Virus record (IMG/VR): IMGVR_UViG_3300023184_000045
Coordinates: 1 to 64,000 of that record
Reading direction: 5' to 3' (one strand)
Source: a virus
Length of the DNA: 64,000 nt
The notes under the pieces are model-generated. The model was not told the origin of the DNA, searched no databases, and worked only from the letters and a program-made list of their open reading frames with translations. This document shows, piece by piece, positions 38,474 to 47,734 of the stretch; position 1 is the first letter of the stretch; every line of letters begins with the position of its first letter. The position numbers and the translations under genes were made by a program.

Positions 38474-39331
38474 TTATCCCTTACGTATTACATACCCGGT
38501 TGCAGTACTAGACCCTAGTGTAGTGCGCTGATAGGTAATTGTAACACTGCTGCTGTCACCAATTGCGTACAGATCAATGTTACCATCAGTTACGTCTGAT
38601 GCGTAGTTAGCTACTTCATAGTCGTTGTCACTTAACAATACTGCATATTCAGTGAAAAATGTCATGATTCCGTTGTTAATGCAATCAATTGTGCTAAATT
38701 TATATCTATTATTGATGTTGTCAACTGCACTTAGTAACCATCTCACAGTAGTGGTGCCAGACAACGGAGTATGATCAGCAACCACCAATTCATCTGCAAT
38801 AGTAACATGCCCATTGTAGATGTTGCTGTCAACTACATAAGGACTACCATCGGCATTTGATATACTGTCAGAATACACTTTTCCAGCAGTGATATTATCA
38901 GTAGTAATATTGCCAGTGGTAATACCAAAAGTATTAATAATGTTGCCAGAATAAACATTACCAGTGGTAATGTTGCTAGTAGTAATACCAAAAGTATTAA
39001 TAATGTTGCCAGAATACACTTTTCCAGCATTGATATTGCCAGTGGTAATGTTGCTAGTAGTAATACTAAAAGTATTAATAACGTTGCCAGAATAAATATT
39101 GCCAGCAGTAACGCTGGTGTTGCTAACAATATTACCGGCAGTAACACTAACAGCACTAATGTTGCCGCTTGTGCCACCAGATCCACTGATTGCTTTAATA
39201 TTACCGTCGGTGTGTTTAATATAAAGTATGGCATCGGCTGTGTTAACAGCAATTTCGCCCACTTCGAGGTCTCCAGCCACTGGAACTTTTCCAGGAACCG
39301 CAGATCGTTTTAATTTAATTGTGCTTGCCAT
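38474..39331 (-). CDS. 285-aa fibre protein: IKLKRSAVPGKVP...GEIAVNTAD..LY N-terminal attachment module (Mtd_N-like), NITTG-type repeats, C-terminal beta domain
   Basis: N-terminal motif widespread in phage tail-fibre proteins; internal 63/78-bp repeats. Confidence 0.85.
   Translation of the reverse strand: MASTIKLKRSAVPGKVPVAGDLEVGEIAVNTADAILYIKHTDGNIKAISGSGGTSGNISAVSVTAGNIVSNTSVTAGNIYSGNVINTFSITTSNITTGNINAGKVYSGNIINTFGITTSNITTGNVYSGNIINTFGITTGNITTDNITAGKVYSDSISNADGSPYVVDSNIYNGHVTIADELVVADHTPLSGTTTVRWLLSAVDNINNRYKFSTIDCINNGIMTFFTEYAVLLSDNDYEVANYASDVTDGNIDLYAIGDSSSVTITYQRTTLGSSTATGYVIRKG
38921..39095 (-). repeat. Three near-identical ~33-bp blocks spaced 63 and 78 bp apart (YSGNIINTFGI)
   Basis: aatac(c/t)aaaagtattaataa(t/c)gttgccagaata at 38921, 38984 and 39062. 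Confidence 0.85.
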
Positions 39332-39366
39332 AATTTATGGACCATCCTAAGTGCTATATAGCCAAT

Positions 39367-39401
39367 GCATAAAATAAAACCAGGATTTTGAAGCCCTGGT
39401 T
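39367..39401 (-). terminator. Candidate intrinsic terminator/attenuator hairpin
   Basis: AACCAGG-(10 nt)-CCTGGTT stem followed by TTATTTTAT on the minus strand. Confidence 0.45.
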
Positions 39402-39426
39402 ACCTGCATTATAAACTTCAATAAAG

Positions 39427-39432
39427 TATTTA
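39427..39432 (-). promoter_or_regulatory. Late promoter core TAAATA
   Basis: 4 nt after the collagen gene stop; heads a 95-nt leader. Confidence 0.55.
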
Positions 39433-39436
39433 TTCT

Positions 39437-42400
39437 CTAATAGAATCCGCCATCAATTGTTGCAGAAACATTGCCAACTGTTAGTGTTTTAGTAGTAGAA
39501 GCGTAAGTCATGTATTGATTGTCAGTTATAAACCCAGATGCGCCGGCAATTAGTACACGACCTTCAATTAAATGCGGATCCTTAAATTCATCTGCGGTAA
39601 CTGTACCAGTAAAATTACCAATGCCTTCCACTCTGATTGGCTTGCTAAATTCCCATGCATCGGTTGTATGAACGTAATTCATTGTTGCCGATCCATCGGT
39701 ACCTAAATTTAGAGTTATGCCGCCGCCACTGGATTGCTCGGCGTTTAGGGAGTCATTGCCTAATTCTATATTTAAATCTTTGATGCTAACTGTAGTTGCA
39801 TTTACTGTGGTTGTAGTACCTTGTACTGTTAAATTACCACCTATTAGCACATCACTTGTAGTTGTTATCGAATATGCACTAATATTGCCGTTGGCAACAA
39901 TGTCCTCCCCAACATAAACATTACCACCAATGCCAGCACCACCTACTACTTGTAAAGCACCAGACGTTGTACTAGTTGACGGATCTGTATTAGCTGTTAC
40001 TAGTTGCTCTGACCCCAAGAAAGTGCCAGCTGGTCCAACACTGCCTGTGTATCCAACACCTCGAGAACCGGCAAACCCAATTCCTGTAGGGCCAGTGGCG
40101 CCAGGTGGCCCTGACGCACCAATACTACCTGCATATCCTCTTAATCCAGTTGAGCCAGGAATTCCTTGTAATCCTTGTCCAGTTGCACCAGTTGGGCCGG
40201 TAGCGCCAGGTGTACCAGTAGGGCCAGTAGGGCCTACTGTTCCGGTATCTCCTTTAATACCGGCTGCACCCGAAAGATCAGTTGTGTAAACATAGCTGTT
40301 GCCAGTCCACAAGTATAGTCTAGAATCCTCTGCGTCATCAACGTTTCCAGTATCAATTATAGCAAATTGCCCAGGCACAATATCAATTGGGGTAGTATCT
40401 GCATCTAAATTAGATACTGAACTATAAGTTTTTGCAATTGAGAATCCTAATCCTGTTAAACCAGTGGCACCAGTTGGGCCGGTATCGCCAGTCTGGCCTG
40501 TTATACCCGTTGATCCCCTAGATCCTTGTGGTCCAGTTGCTCCTTGTAATCCAACTCCGGTTGCACCGCGTGGGCCAGTAAACCCAGTAGCACCAATTGG
40601 ACCAGTTGCGCCCCCTGGGTCTCCAGGAGAGCCGGTATTGCCTTGGCTGCCAGTGTAACCTATGCCGGTTGCACCAGTCGGTCCAGTTGCTCCTGTAGAC
40701 CCATAAAATCCAGTTGGACCAGTTGGACCAGTTGCTCCAGTTAAGCCAGTTGCTCCCAATATTCCTTGCAGTCCAGTTGCACCGGTTATACCCGAGATTC
40801 CAGTTGCACCTTGGGTACCATTTAACCCGTCGTTTCCTGAAATTCCAGTGGCGCCCCGGGGTCCAGCTACGCCAGTTGCTCCCTTTGGCCCAACTATACC
40901 AGTTGCTCCTTCCAATCCAGTGGCCCCATCTGGACCAATCGGCCCGGTTGCTCCAGGCGGGCCAGTGTCGCCAGTGACACCATCTGTTCCACTAATACCA
41001 GTTGCTCCAGTTAAGCCAGTTGACCCTATAATACCTTGTACACCGGTTGCGCCAACCGGGCCAATTTGGCCAGTGGCACCGGTGTTTCCAACTAATCCAG
41101 TAGCACCAATCAATCCTTGTGGCCCGATTACACCAGTTGCGCCTGGGATACCAGTAGCACCAAGCGGGCCAGCAACACCAGTTGCTCCTATACCAGTTGC
41201 CCCACGTGGACCAGTTAATCCTTGTGGCCCAGTTGCCCCGTCGGCGCCTGTTGCGCCTGCTACCCCTATAGCGCCAGTATCACCAATTGGACCAATTAGT
41301 CCTGTTGCACCAATTAGTCCAGTGTCTCCAGTGGCACCCTGGATACCAGTAGAACCTCTTGGCCCTGTTGCTCCTGGTGGGCCCGATGGGCCGACTAGTC
41401 CGGTTGCCCCTGGGATACCCGGGTCGCCGGTTAAGCCAGTTGCACCTAAAGAGCCAGTTGCACCTAAAGAGCCAGTTGCTCCAGTGGCTCCTATTCCTGT
41501 TGCACCGCGTAATCCTATTAATCCCTGTGGGCCAGTAGCACCGTCAACTCCGGTTGCTCCTGCCAATCCTTGTGGACCTGTTGCCCCTGTGATGCCAAGA
41601 GAACCAGTTGCACCGAGTAAACCAGTGGCACCTGTTTCGCCAGCACCGGTTGCCCCAATTGGTCCCGCTGGGCCTATTAGCCCGGTAGCACCGGCAACGC
41701 CGGTTGCACCTAAAATACCTTGTAGACCAGTGGCACCAGCCGGTCCAGTAATTCCAGTAGCACCACGAATACCAGTGGCACCAGTGGGACCCGGTGTACC
41801 AGCTGATCCTACTACTCCTGTTGCCCCCGGTGCACCGGTTGCGCCAATTGGTCCCATAACACCTGCGCCAGTTGCTCCATTTGCTCCAGTTGCACCTGTT
41901 AATCCTTGCAGTCCAGTTGCACCAATTTCTCCGTATAAAGTCCCATCTACGTGGCGTAATTGATCTGTATATATAGACCCTGCATATACATTGCCGCCAA
42001 TGCCTGCGCCTCCTGCAACAATCAGAGCACCTGTAATTGTACTAGTACTGTCTGTGCTATTGGATAATGTTAATGATCCAACATCAAATGTTCCTGCATT
42101 GCCTGTTATAACGCCACCTGCCGATGCTGTTCCATCAGAAATAAATTTCAAATGCCCAGTTGTATTGTCCCAGGCCAAAAATGCATATTTTTCTATTCCA
42201 TTGACTGATTTGTAATAATTAAACTCAATTCCGATATCTTTACCGTCGTCAACAGTTAGGGATGTACCATCAGTGTGTAAAATTATTAATGCATCATTTA
42301 TTGTTGTGTTTGTAGATTCAATAGTAGTCACATTGCCAGCTAATACTAGATTACCTGTTATTGTTAAATCCACAGTGGTTAGTGATGTTTGTACACCAAC

Positions 42401-42643
42401 TTGCGTAATATAAGGCTGCGATGCTGTTACTACTGTACCAGTTAATTGATCAGCAAATATATTATTTGCATATACATTGCCCGCAATGCCAACTCCCCCG
42501 GCTACTTTAACAGCACCAGTAGTGGTGCTGGTGCTTTCTGTAGTATTGGATACTCTGAATGTGGTTCCAAGTACCGTTGAAGTTACATTACTTGCTGTTC
42601 CAAGATTTTTTAATGGAGCAGGCTGTCGTAGATATCTAAACAT
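39437..42643 (-). CDS. 1068-aa collagen-like fibre protein (GAT-rich Gly-X-Y shaft)
   Basis: About 490 aa of G-X-Y with brief interruptions; flanking [21 protein letters not shown] and GAL.VAGG.GI.GN.Y modules. Confidence 0.92.
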   Translation of the reverse strand: MFRYLRQPAPLKNLGTASNVTSTVLGTTFRVSNTTESTSTTTGAVKVAGGVGIAGNVYANNIFADQLTGTVVTASQPYITQVGVQTSLTTVDLTITGNLVLAGNVTTIESTNTTINDALIILHTDGTSLTVDDGKDIGIEFNYYKSVNGIEKYAFLAWDNTTGHLKFISDGTASAGGVITGNAGTFDVGSLTLSNSTDSTSTITGALIVAGGAGIGGNVYAGSIYTDQLRHVDGTLYGEIGATGLQGLTGATGANGATGAGVMGPIGATGAPGATGVVGSAGTPGPTGATGIRGATGITGPAGATGLQGILGATGVAGATGLIGPAGPIGATGAGETGATGLLGATGSLGITGATGPQGLAGATGVDGATGPQGLIGLRGATGIGATGATGSLGATGSLGATGLTGDPGIPGATGLVGPSGPPGATGPRGSTGIQGATGDTGLIGATGLIGPIGDTGAIGVAGATGADGATGPQGLTGPRGATGIGATGVAGPLGATGIPGATGVIGPQGLIGATGLVGNTGATGQIGPVGATGVQGIIGSTGLTGATGISGTDGVTGDTGPPGATGPIGPDGATGLEGATGIVGPKGATGVAGPRGATGISGNDGLNGTQGATGISGITGATGLQGILGATGLTGATGPTGPTGFYGSTGATGPTGATGIGYTGSQGNTGSPGDPGGATGPIGATGFTGPRGATGVGLQGATGPQGSRGSTGITGQTGDTGPTGATGLTGLGFSIAKTYSSVSNLDADTTPIDIVPGQFAIIDTGNVDDAEDSRLYLWTGNSYVYTTDLSGAAGIKGDTGTVGPTGPTGTPGATGPTGATGQGLQGIPGSTGLRGYAGSIGASGPPGATGPTGIGFAGSRGVGYTGSVGPAGTFLGSEQLVTANTDPSTSTTSGALQVVGGAGIGGNVYVGEDIVANGNISAYSITTTSDVLIGGNLTVQGTTTTVNATTVSIKDLNIELGNDSLNAEQSSGGGITLNLGTDGSATMNYVHTTDAWEFSKPIRVEGIGNFTGTVTADEFKDPHLIEGRVLIAGASGFITDNQYMTYASTTKTLTVGNVSATIDGGFY
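40445..41925 (-). repeat. Collagen-like Gly-X-Y coding repeat (GAT alternating with GPx/GLx/GIx)
   Basis: Direct translation; also explains the antisense PVAP ORF. Confidence 0.95.
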
Positions 42644-42650
42644 TTATGTT

Positions 42651-43007
42651 TTAACTCATTATTTCGTATGACATAACATACTGCAACACGCCAGCTGTTG
42701 TGGCAGAAACCCTTAACGAATCGCCTTCTTCAAGATATATGCTAGTATCTTTAGCAATAGCAACTAAAGAATCCCCCACTGGCACCGGAATAGCATTGCC
42801 AATTTTATAGCTTACCGAACTTCTGAATATATCAATGGTAACTTTGCTGTCAGACGCACTTAAATTAGTAACGTACATCACATTTATACGATATGATTGC
42901 GAACTATTAACCGAATTTGTTAATATCGCTGTGAGAGTATTAGGCACCCAATCGGCTTTGGTTTTACCAATAATAGATGTTGTAGTAATTAAATTAGGAG
43001 CTGCCAT
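42651..43007 (-). CDS. 118-aa MAAPN-family small virion protein; paralog of 28014..28376
   Basis: MAAPNL....IIGKT ... IYLEEGDSL ... MSYEIMS. Confidence 0.85.
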   Translation of the reverse strand: MAAPNLITTTSIIGKTKADWVPNTLTAILTNSVNSSQSYRINVMYVTNLSASDSKVTIDIFRSSVSYKIGNAIPVPVGDSLVAIAKDTSIYLEEGDSLRVSATTAGVLQYVMSYEIMS

Positions 43008-43057
43008 TTAAAATCCAATTCAGTAGCAAGGAATAACATAAATCTTGTTCGATTATG

Positions 43058-43063
43058 TATTTA
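43058..43063 (-). promoter_or_regulatory. Late promoter core TAAATA
   Basis: Intergenic CATAAATAC upstream of the 118-aa gene. Confidence 0.6.
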
Positions 43064-43092
43064 TGTCCGTTGCCAACTACGCTGATCAAGTT

Positions 43093-46000
43093 TTAAGCTA
43101 ATCTAATATAAAAACCGCACCATTTATCCAGATATCTGAGTGTAGTAACATCATTGGCGGTACTAGCAGCATAATTGGAATAATACCCTTCGTTGTACAT
43201 TTCAATGGTAACTTGCTGCCCAGGAGCAGCCAATCCAGCATGCACTACTGCAACAGACATGTCAGAATCTGCTGTGTAAGGCTGGCTACCCCAAACAAGA
43301 TTGCCAGTTAAACTGCCTGTTACTGTAACATTAGGATACGGCCCGCAAATAGTTTCTTCTGTGCCAGGCGGTGGCGGGGGAGGAGCAGGTGGCTGTGGGG
43401 GCGGTGGCGGGGGGGGAGCAGGTGGCGGGGGAGGAGCAGGTGGTTCATATTTTGTAATTTTTATATCAGTTACATACAAACTTGCACCTAGCGCAGTTCC
43501 ACCAGAGAAGTCAAAACTTCCACTTACAAAAACAAATTTATAACGCCCAGTTTGTCCAGATCCTACAGTGTAGGTTATTTGTGCCCAAGCTGTGGTTGCA
43601 CCACCACTGTCACCTGTTTGATTGAGCAATTCAATTGTAGCACCTGTATCAACGTTAAGTAAATAGGCAAAAATATCGTAAGCATCATTGCCGCCTTGCG
43701 CTTTCCACCAGAAATATATAACATCGTCGGTAACTAAATCTACAGCAGTTTTTGTAACCAAATATGGGCCATGTATAATACCATAGCCAACTGTAGTGCC
43801 TGTGCTAAACAAGTGTATTGACTTGGCGGGTGCAGTGATACTAGACGGTAAATCAGTATCTAAAGTTGCACTAAATGTAAAGCCGCTAGGCACTTGATCG
43901 TCGCCAACACCAAATCCGCCCGATCCCTGAGGATGTTGAGTTGAATCAGTTGGTGTTGGATATCCTTCAATTGTAGATAGTCCGTCTAATTTTATCTGGC
44001 TATTAAAAACTTTCCATCCTGGGGTTGATAGTGTATTGTCTCCATTGTCTAATAGCGATCCTTGACTAAAATTACCATTATAAAAAGTAAATAGTACTTT
44101 AGCAATAAACCCGCCGGACCAGCTTAGTGTTACTTTTTTAGACATTGCAGGCGATGTCCAATGTGCCCAAATTGTAATTCGAGCGCCGACACCGCCTATG
44201 CCAGTGATAATGCCTTCACCATTTACAGTAGTAATAGTTAAATTTGTAGGTCCGTACGTAACCCCGTTAACAATCATTGTTGTGCCCGGGTCGTCAACAA
44301 ATAATTCATAAGAAGTGGCCGTGCCTCCGCCAGTCTGAGTATCATTTGCAACTACTTTAAAGTTTAGAACTTCATTAAATCCACCACCACCTACTAGGTA
44401 ACCATTAGTGTCAACTGTAATATTTAATCCGCTAACATGTGAATTTTGTTCACCGTCGGTATAATACGCAGACCATGGTCCTCTACCCGGCGGTGGTGGT
44501 GCGGGAGGGCTCCCCGACGTGTCATTGACCCTGACAGCAGTTGAACTTGCAACTATTGGCCCATTGGTTGACCCAGTTCTTAAATTAATAGTTATTGTTT
44601 CAGGGCCTTCAGTTGTGAAATCATTCACCAACCGCCGTTTTAAGTAGCCTGTGTTATCTTTAATGTATATTGACCCAGAATTTGCTTGATCATCAAAGTC
44701 TGCACTATTAGTAGTTCCTTCGTTAGTCCAATAAACTATCGAGTCATCTGGAACATTTATTGTTTTGATAACGTAATTAACACTTCTATTTTCATCCAAT
44801 GTACTAATTGCACTAAATGAATTGGTTTGTTCAAATAGATTTAAAATTAATCCATGATTTTGAGAAAACAAATTAACTGGAATTGAAATAATTTCGCCTG
44901 TTTCTTGAACTTGTACAATGTCCCCTGAATGATATGTCACTGTAGTATCACACCCGGCATTATTTAAATCAATGTAATAGCCACCATCTTTAAAATTCTG
45001 CCCATACCCCCCTCGGATGCTCGGTAACACACTTATTTTAGTTTCGTCGGCAAATATATCATTGGCCGCCCCTTCACCTAAGAATATGCTCATGTTTCCA
45101 GCTGGAACATCATATTTGTATTTTTGAGCATTGGTTACTGTGCCTGTATTTGATTTAGGAGCATATATAACATTGCCGTTTACTCTCCACTGTCCCGGCA
45201 CTGCTATGCTTACAGCAACCATACTTAAATTGTTTAATTTGGTTGTGTCCCAGTTAGCCCACTCCCATTTTGCATAAACGTCTGGTGGACCTACAGCTAA
45301 TGTACCTGGCACTTGGTTGATTGCTACTACATGCCCGGGGGAACTATAAGTTGCTGCATAGATTTGATTATCAAATACAGGTGCGTCTAACCAAATTGGT
45401 AAATCAAATGCATTGTGCGAAGTAACCCATGTTATTATAGTCCAGTAAGCAGCAGAAATAGATGTAGTATCAGCAGGTGGGGAAAATTTAAATGTAGTAG
45501 CATGACTAACTGGATTATTTTTACTAAATCTACTGTAAGTTCTAACGCGGTAGTTGTCGCCAGGATACACATCTGCCATATCATGGCCATCATCATCGTC
45601 TTGCTCCCAGAGCTTGGTAGTACTCGTACTTCTAACCAAACTTGTTTTATTCTTATACCACCAAGTCAATAAGTTTGAACTGTTATCAATTGTGCCACCT
45701 GTGTAAATTGAATAATATTGTTCTGCAGGTATTAGATTTGTTATAGTAACCGGTGTTGCTGTTGCAACAATTATCCCAGACTCTGACTCTGTTCGTAATA
45801 CTAAAATCAGTCTCTGGTCGGACTCTGGCACGTTAGCAGCTATTTTTCTAGTAATTGCACCAGCATTGTTGGTGATTGTAACCGACCCGCTGCTGGCAGA
45901 ATCTGCAAAATAAGAACTTGCTACATTTCCAAAATTACTCCAATATAATACAGTATTATTTTCTACATTAGTAGTATAAACGTTAAATGTAACTGTTCCA

Positions 46001-47676
46001 TTTTCATTGACTATCTGTGTATCGGGTCTGACAAAATATGTTCTTTGAGTCTTAGAAGTATCGTATACCACTACCGTATCTGCTAGTGCAACAACCGGGC
46101 CGGCTAACGATTTTGTTCTAAGTTCCATTATTATTGTTTCGGGACCTTCGTCTAAATGGTCTGCTACTGCCGTTTTAGAAAATGTAGCAGAATTATTTTG
46201 TATTACAACACTTCCATGCCCTGTGCCGGTTGTTAATGCCCAGCTAATGGCAGCATATCCGCTATCACCATCTGCCGACAAAAAATCTGAATATGTTCCG
46301 CCGTTGTCAGCATAAGTTTGTGAAAATTCCAATGGAACTTCAGGAATCAGATCTCTACCGTCTGACCCACTGTATGCCCCATTATCGCCAGCGGTGCTAT
46401 ATAAAGTTCCGCTATCTCCGCCTAACCACCCGCCACCACCGCCACCACTTCCTGGACCATCGGTTGGTGTAGCCACTCCGTTGTTACCACTGGTTGTTTC
46501 GCTTGAAACATAAAGCTGTTGAGGTTTGCCGCTGCCATTAACACTAGATCCTGCACCGCCGCCACCGCCGCCACCAGCAGCTACAATTTTAAGTGAGTTA
46601 TTAACCAACAGCAGTGATGCGCCACCGCCGCCGCCGCCGGATCCAGAACTCCCCCAAGGGCCACTTTTACCCCCAGTGCCCCCATTGTATCCAATGGTTG
46701 TTACAAATAAATTAAATGCAGCAATATTGCCAGACAAGGTTGACACCGAACCAACATAACTTCCCGGTTTATATACTGTGCTAGTAGGAAGTATAGAACT
46801 ATTGTAAACAACTTGTCCGTGTACTATTACCCAATATTGTTGTGCTGTAGTAGCATCTTGAGTTACTTCATCATTCAGAGTGTACCATCCATTGCCAATT
46901 GTTATTGCAGCAGGATCATTGGTTAGATTGGCAACTAAACTAGAATAATATGTTGCATCTGTTCCCTGGCCGCCTGCGCCGCCATTGGCGCTGGCATTAA
47001 AATACCCGCCTCCTCCACCACCACCTATGTAAAATCTAAGTGTGTCCCCAGGAGTCACCGGTAACGTACCAGTAACTCTATGTCCAGGATAACCTGAATA
47101 ACCAGGATAGCGATCGTTGCCCCCTGCGCCGCCACCTGCACCAGCAATGTCAATTTCAACACTGTCAACATCTGCAGGTACAACCCAGGCATACATCCCA
47201 GGAGTATCGTATGTTGCCGTTGATTGAATTCCAAAATCAGCTGCCGATGTAGTACCTATATTGTTCCAATATAAAACTGTATCATTTTTAACATTAGTTG
47301 TAGTAATTGTATACGTCAAAGTTTCAGATTCTTTTATATACAATTTGTCTGGTGCAATAGTATAAGTTGGCGGATCTAATACATATACAATTTTAGACAC
47401 TGTTGGTGTTATACCAACTAATGTTACAGTCAATGGCTCGTTGTCGTCTGGCAAATAATCGTTTTTAAGATTTAAAACTAATTGCAAGAATCCCGGTTCA
47501 ACAGGTCCAACTACAAACTCGCCTGATAAGCTAGTAGGCGGCTTTCCGTTAATTTGATCAAAATCATCTAATGTTATCCCAGCACCAGAAATTACGTAAG
47601 GTATTCTGGTGCCGTCGGGCTTATTGGTTTTTAATGTAAATATAACATTTTTTCCATTTTCAAAAATTTGGTTCAT
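43093..47676 (-). CDS. 1527-aa multidomain virion protein: Calx-beta/Ig-like repeats, glycine-rich domain, adhesin-like beta-sandwich, Pro-rich linkers, C-terminal LCCL domain
   Basis: Three NE..T.T..I.T.NV....LYW...EGPET repeats; C-terminus VWGSQPYTADSDMSVAVVHAG...Y.ASTANDVTT matches the LCCL pattern VWG..YT.DS....AA.HAG. Confidence 0.88.
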   Translation of the reverse strand: MNQIFENGKNVIFTLKTNKPDGTRIPYVISGAGITLDDFDQINGKPPTSLSGEFVVGPVEPGFLQLVLNLKNDYLPDDNEPLTVTLVGITPTVSKIVYVLDPPTYTIAPDKLYIKESETLTYTITTTNVKNDTVLYWNNIGTTSAADFGIQSTATYDTPGMYAWVVPADVDSVEIDIAGAGGGAGGNDRYPGYSGYPGHRVTGTLPVTPGDTLRFYIGGGGGGGYFNASANGGAGGQGTDATYYSSLVANLTNDPAAITIGNGWYTLNDEVTQDATTAQQYWVIVHGQVVYNSSILPTSTVYKPGSYVGSVSTLSGNIAAFNLFVTTIGYNGGTGGKSGPWGSSGSGGGGGGASLLLVNNSLKIVAAGGGGGGGAGSSVNGSGKPQQLYVSSETTSGNNGVATPTDGPGSGGGGGGWLGGDSGTLYSTAGDNGAYSGSDGRDLIPEVPLEFSQTYADNGGTYSDFLSADGDSGYAAISWALTTGTGHGSVVIQNNSATFSKTAVADHLDEGPETIIMELRTKSLAGPVVALADTVVVYDTSKTQRTYFVRPDTQIVNENGTVTFNVYTTNVENNTVLYWSNFGNVASSYFADSASSGSVTITNNAGAITRKIAANVPESDQRLILVLRTESESGIIVATATPVTITNLIPAEQYYSIYTGGTIDNSSNLLTWWYKNKTSLVRSTSTTKLWEQDDDDGHDMADVYPGDNYRVRTYSRFSKNNPVSHATTFKFSPPADTTSISAAYWTIITWVTSHNAFDLPIWLDAPVFDNQIYAATYSSPGHVVAINQVPGTLAVGPPDVYAKWEWANWDTTKLNNLSMVAVSIAVPGQWRVNGNVIYAPKSNTGTVTNAQKYKYDVPAGNMSIFLGEGAANDIFADETKISVLPSIRGGYGQNFKDGGYYIDLNNAGCDTTVTYHSGDIVQVQETGEIISIPVNLFSQNHGLILNLFEQTNSFSAISTLDENRSVNYVIKTINVPDDSIVYWTNEGTTNSADFDDQANSGSIYIKDNTGYLKRRLVNDFTTEGPETITINLRTGSTNGPIVASSTAVRVNDTSGSPPAPPPPGRGPWSAYYTDGEQNSHVSGLNITVDTNGYLVGGGGFNEVLNFKVVANDTQTGGGTATSYELFVDDPGTTMIVNGVTYGPTNLTITTVNGEGIITGIGGVGARITIWAHWTSPAMSKKVTLSWSGGFIAKVLFTFYNGNFSQGSLLDNGDNTLSTPGWKVFNSQIKLDGLSTIEGYPTPTDSTQHPQGSGGFGVGDDQVPSGFTFSATLDTDLPSSITAPAKSIHLFSTGTTVGYGIIHGPYLVTKTAVDLVTDDVIYFWWKAQGGNDAYDIFAYLLNVDTGATIELLNQTGDSGGATTAWAQITYTVGSGQTGRYKFVFVSGSFDFSGGTALGASLYVTDIKITKYEPPAPPPPPAPPPPPPPQPPAPPPPPPGTEETICGPYPNVTVTGSLTGNLVWGSQPYTADSDMSVAVVHAGLAAPGQQVTIEMYNEGYYSNYAASTANDVTTLRYLDKWCGFYIRLA

Positions 47677-47734
47677 ATTATATCACCATCAAAAATATTA
47701 ACGTCTAGATCGTATGTGTATGTAATCGCACCAA

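Noticed and set aside
40848-41963. 371-aa plus-strand ORF of PVAP repeats
   Set aside because: Antisense shadow of the collagen gene; Gly-X-Y codons rarely create stops on the opposite strand.
10685-43010. TAAATG at four starts (10687, 38062, 42643, 43007), like poxvirus late promoters, suggesting a eukaryotic giant virus
   Set aside because: SD motifs, GTG/TTG starts, tight coupling and T4-type TATAAATA fit a bacteriophage; A-rich start contexts explain TAAATG.
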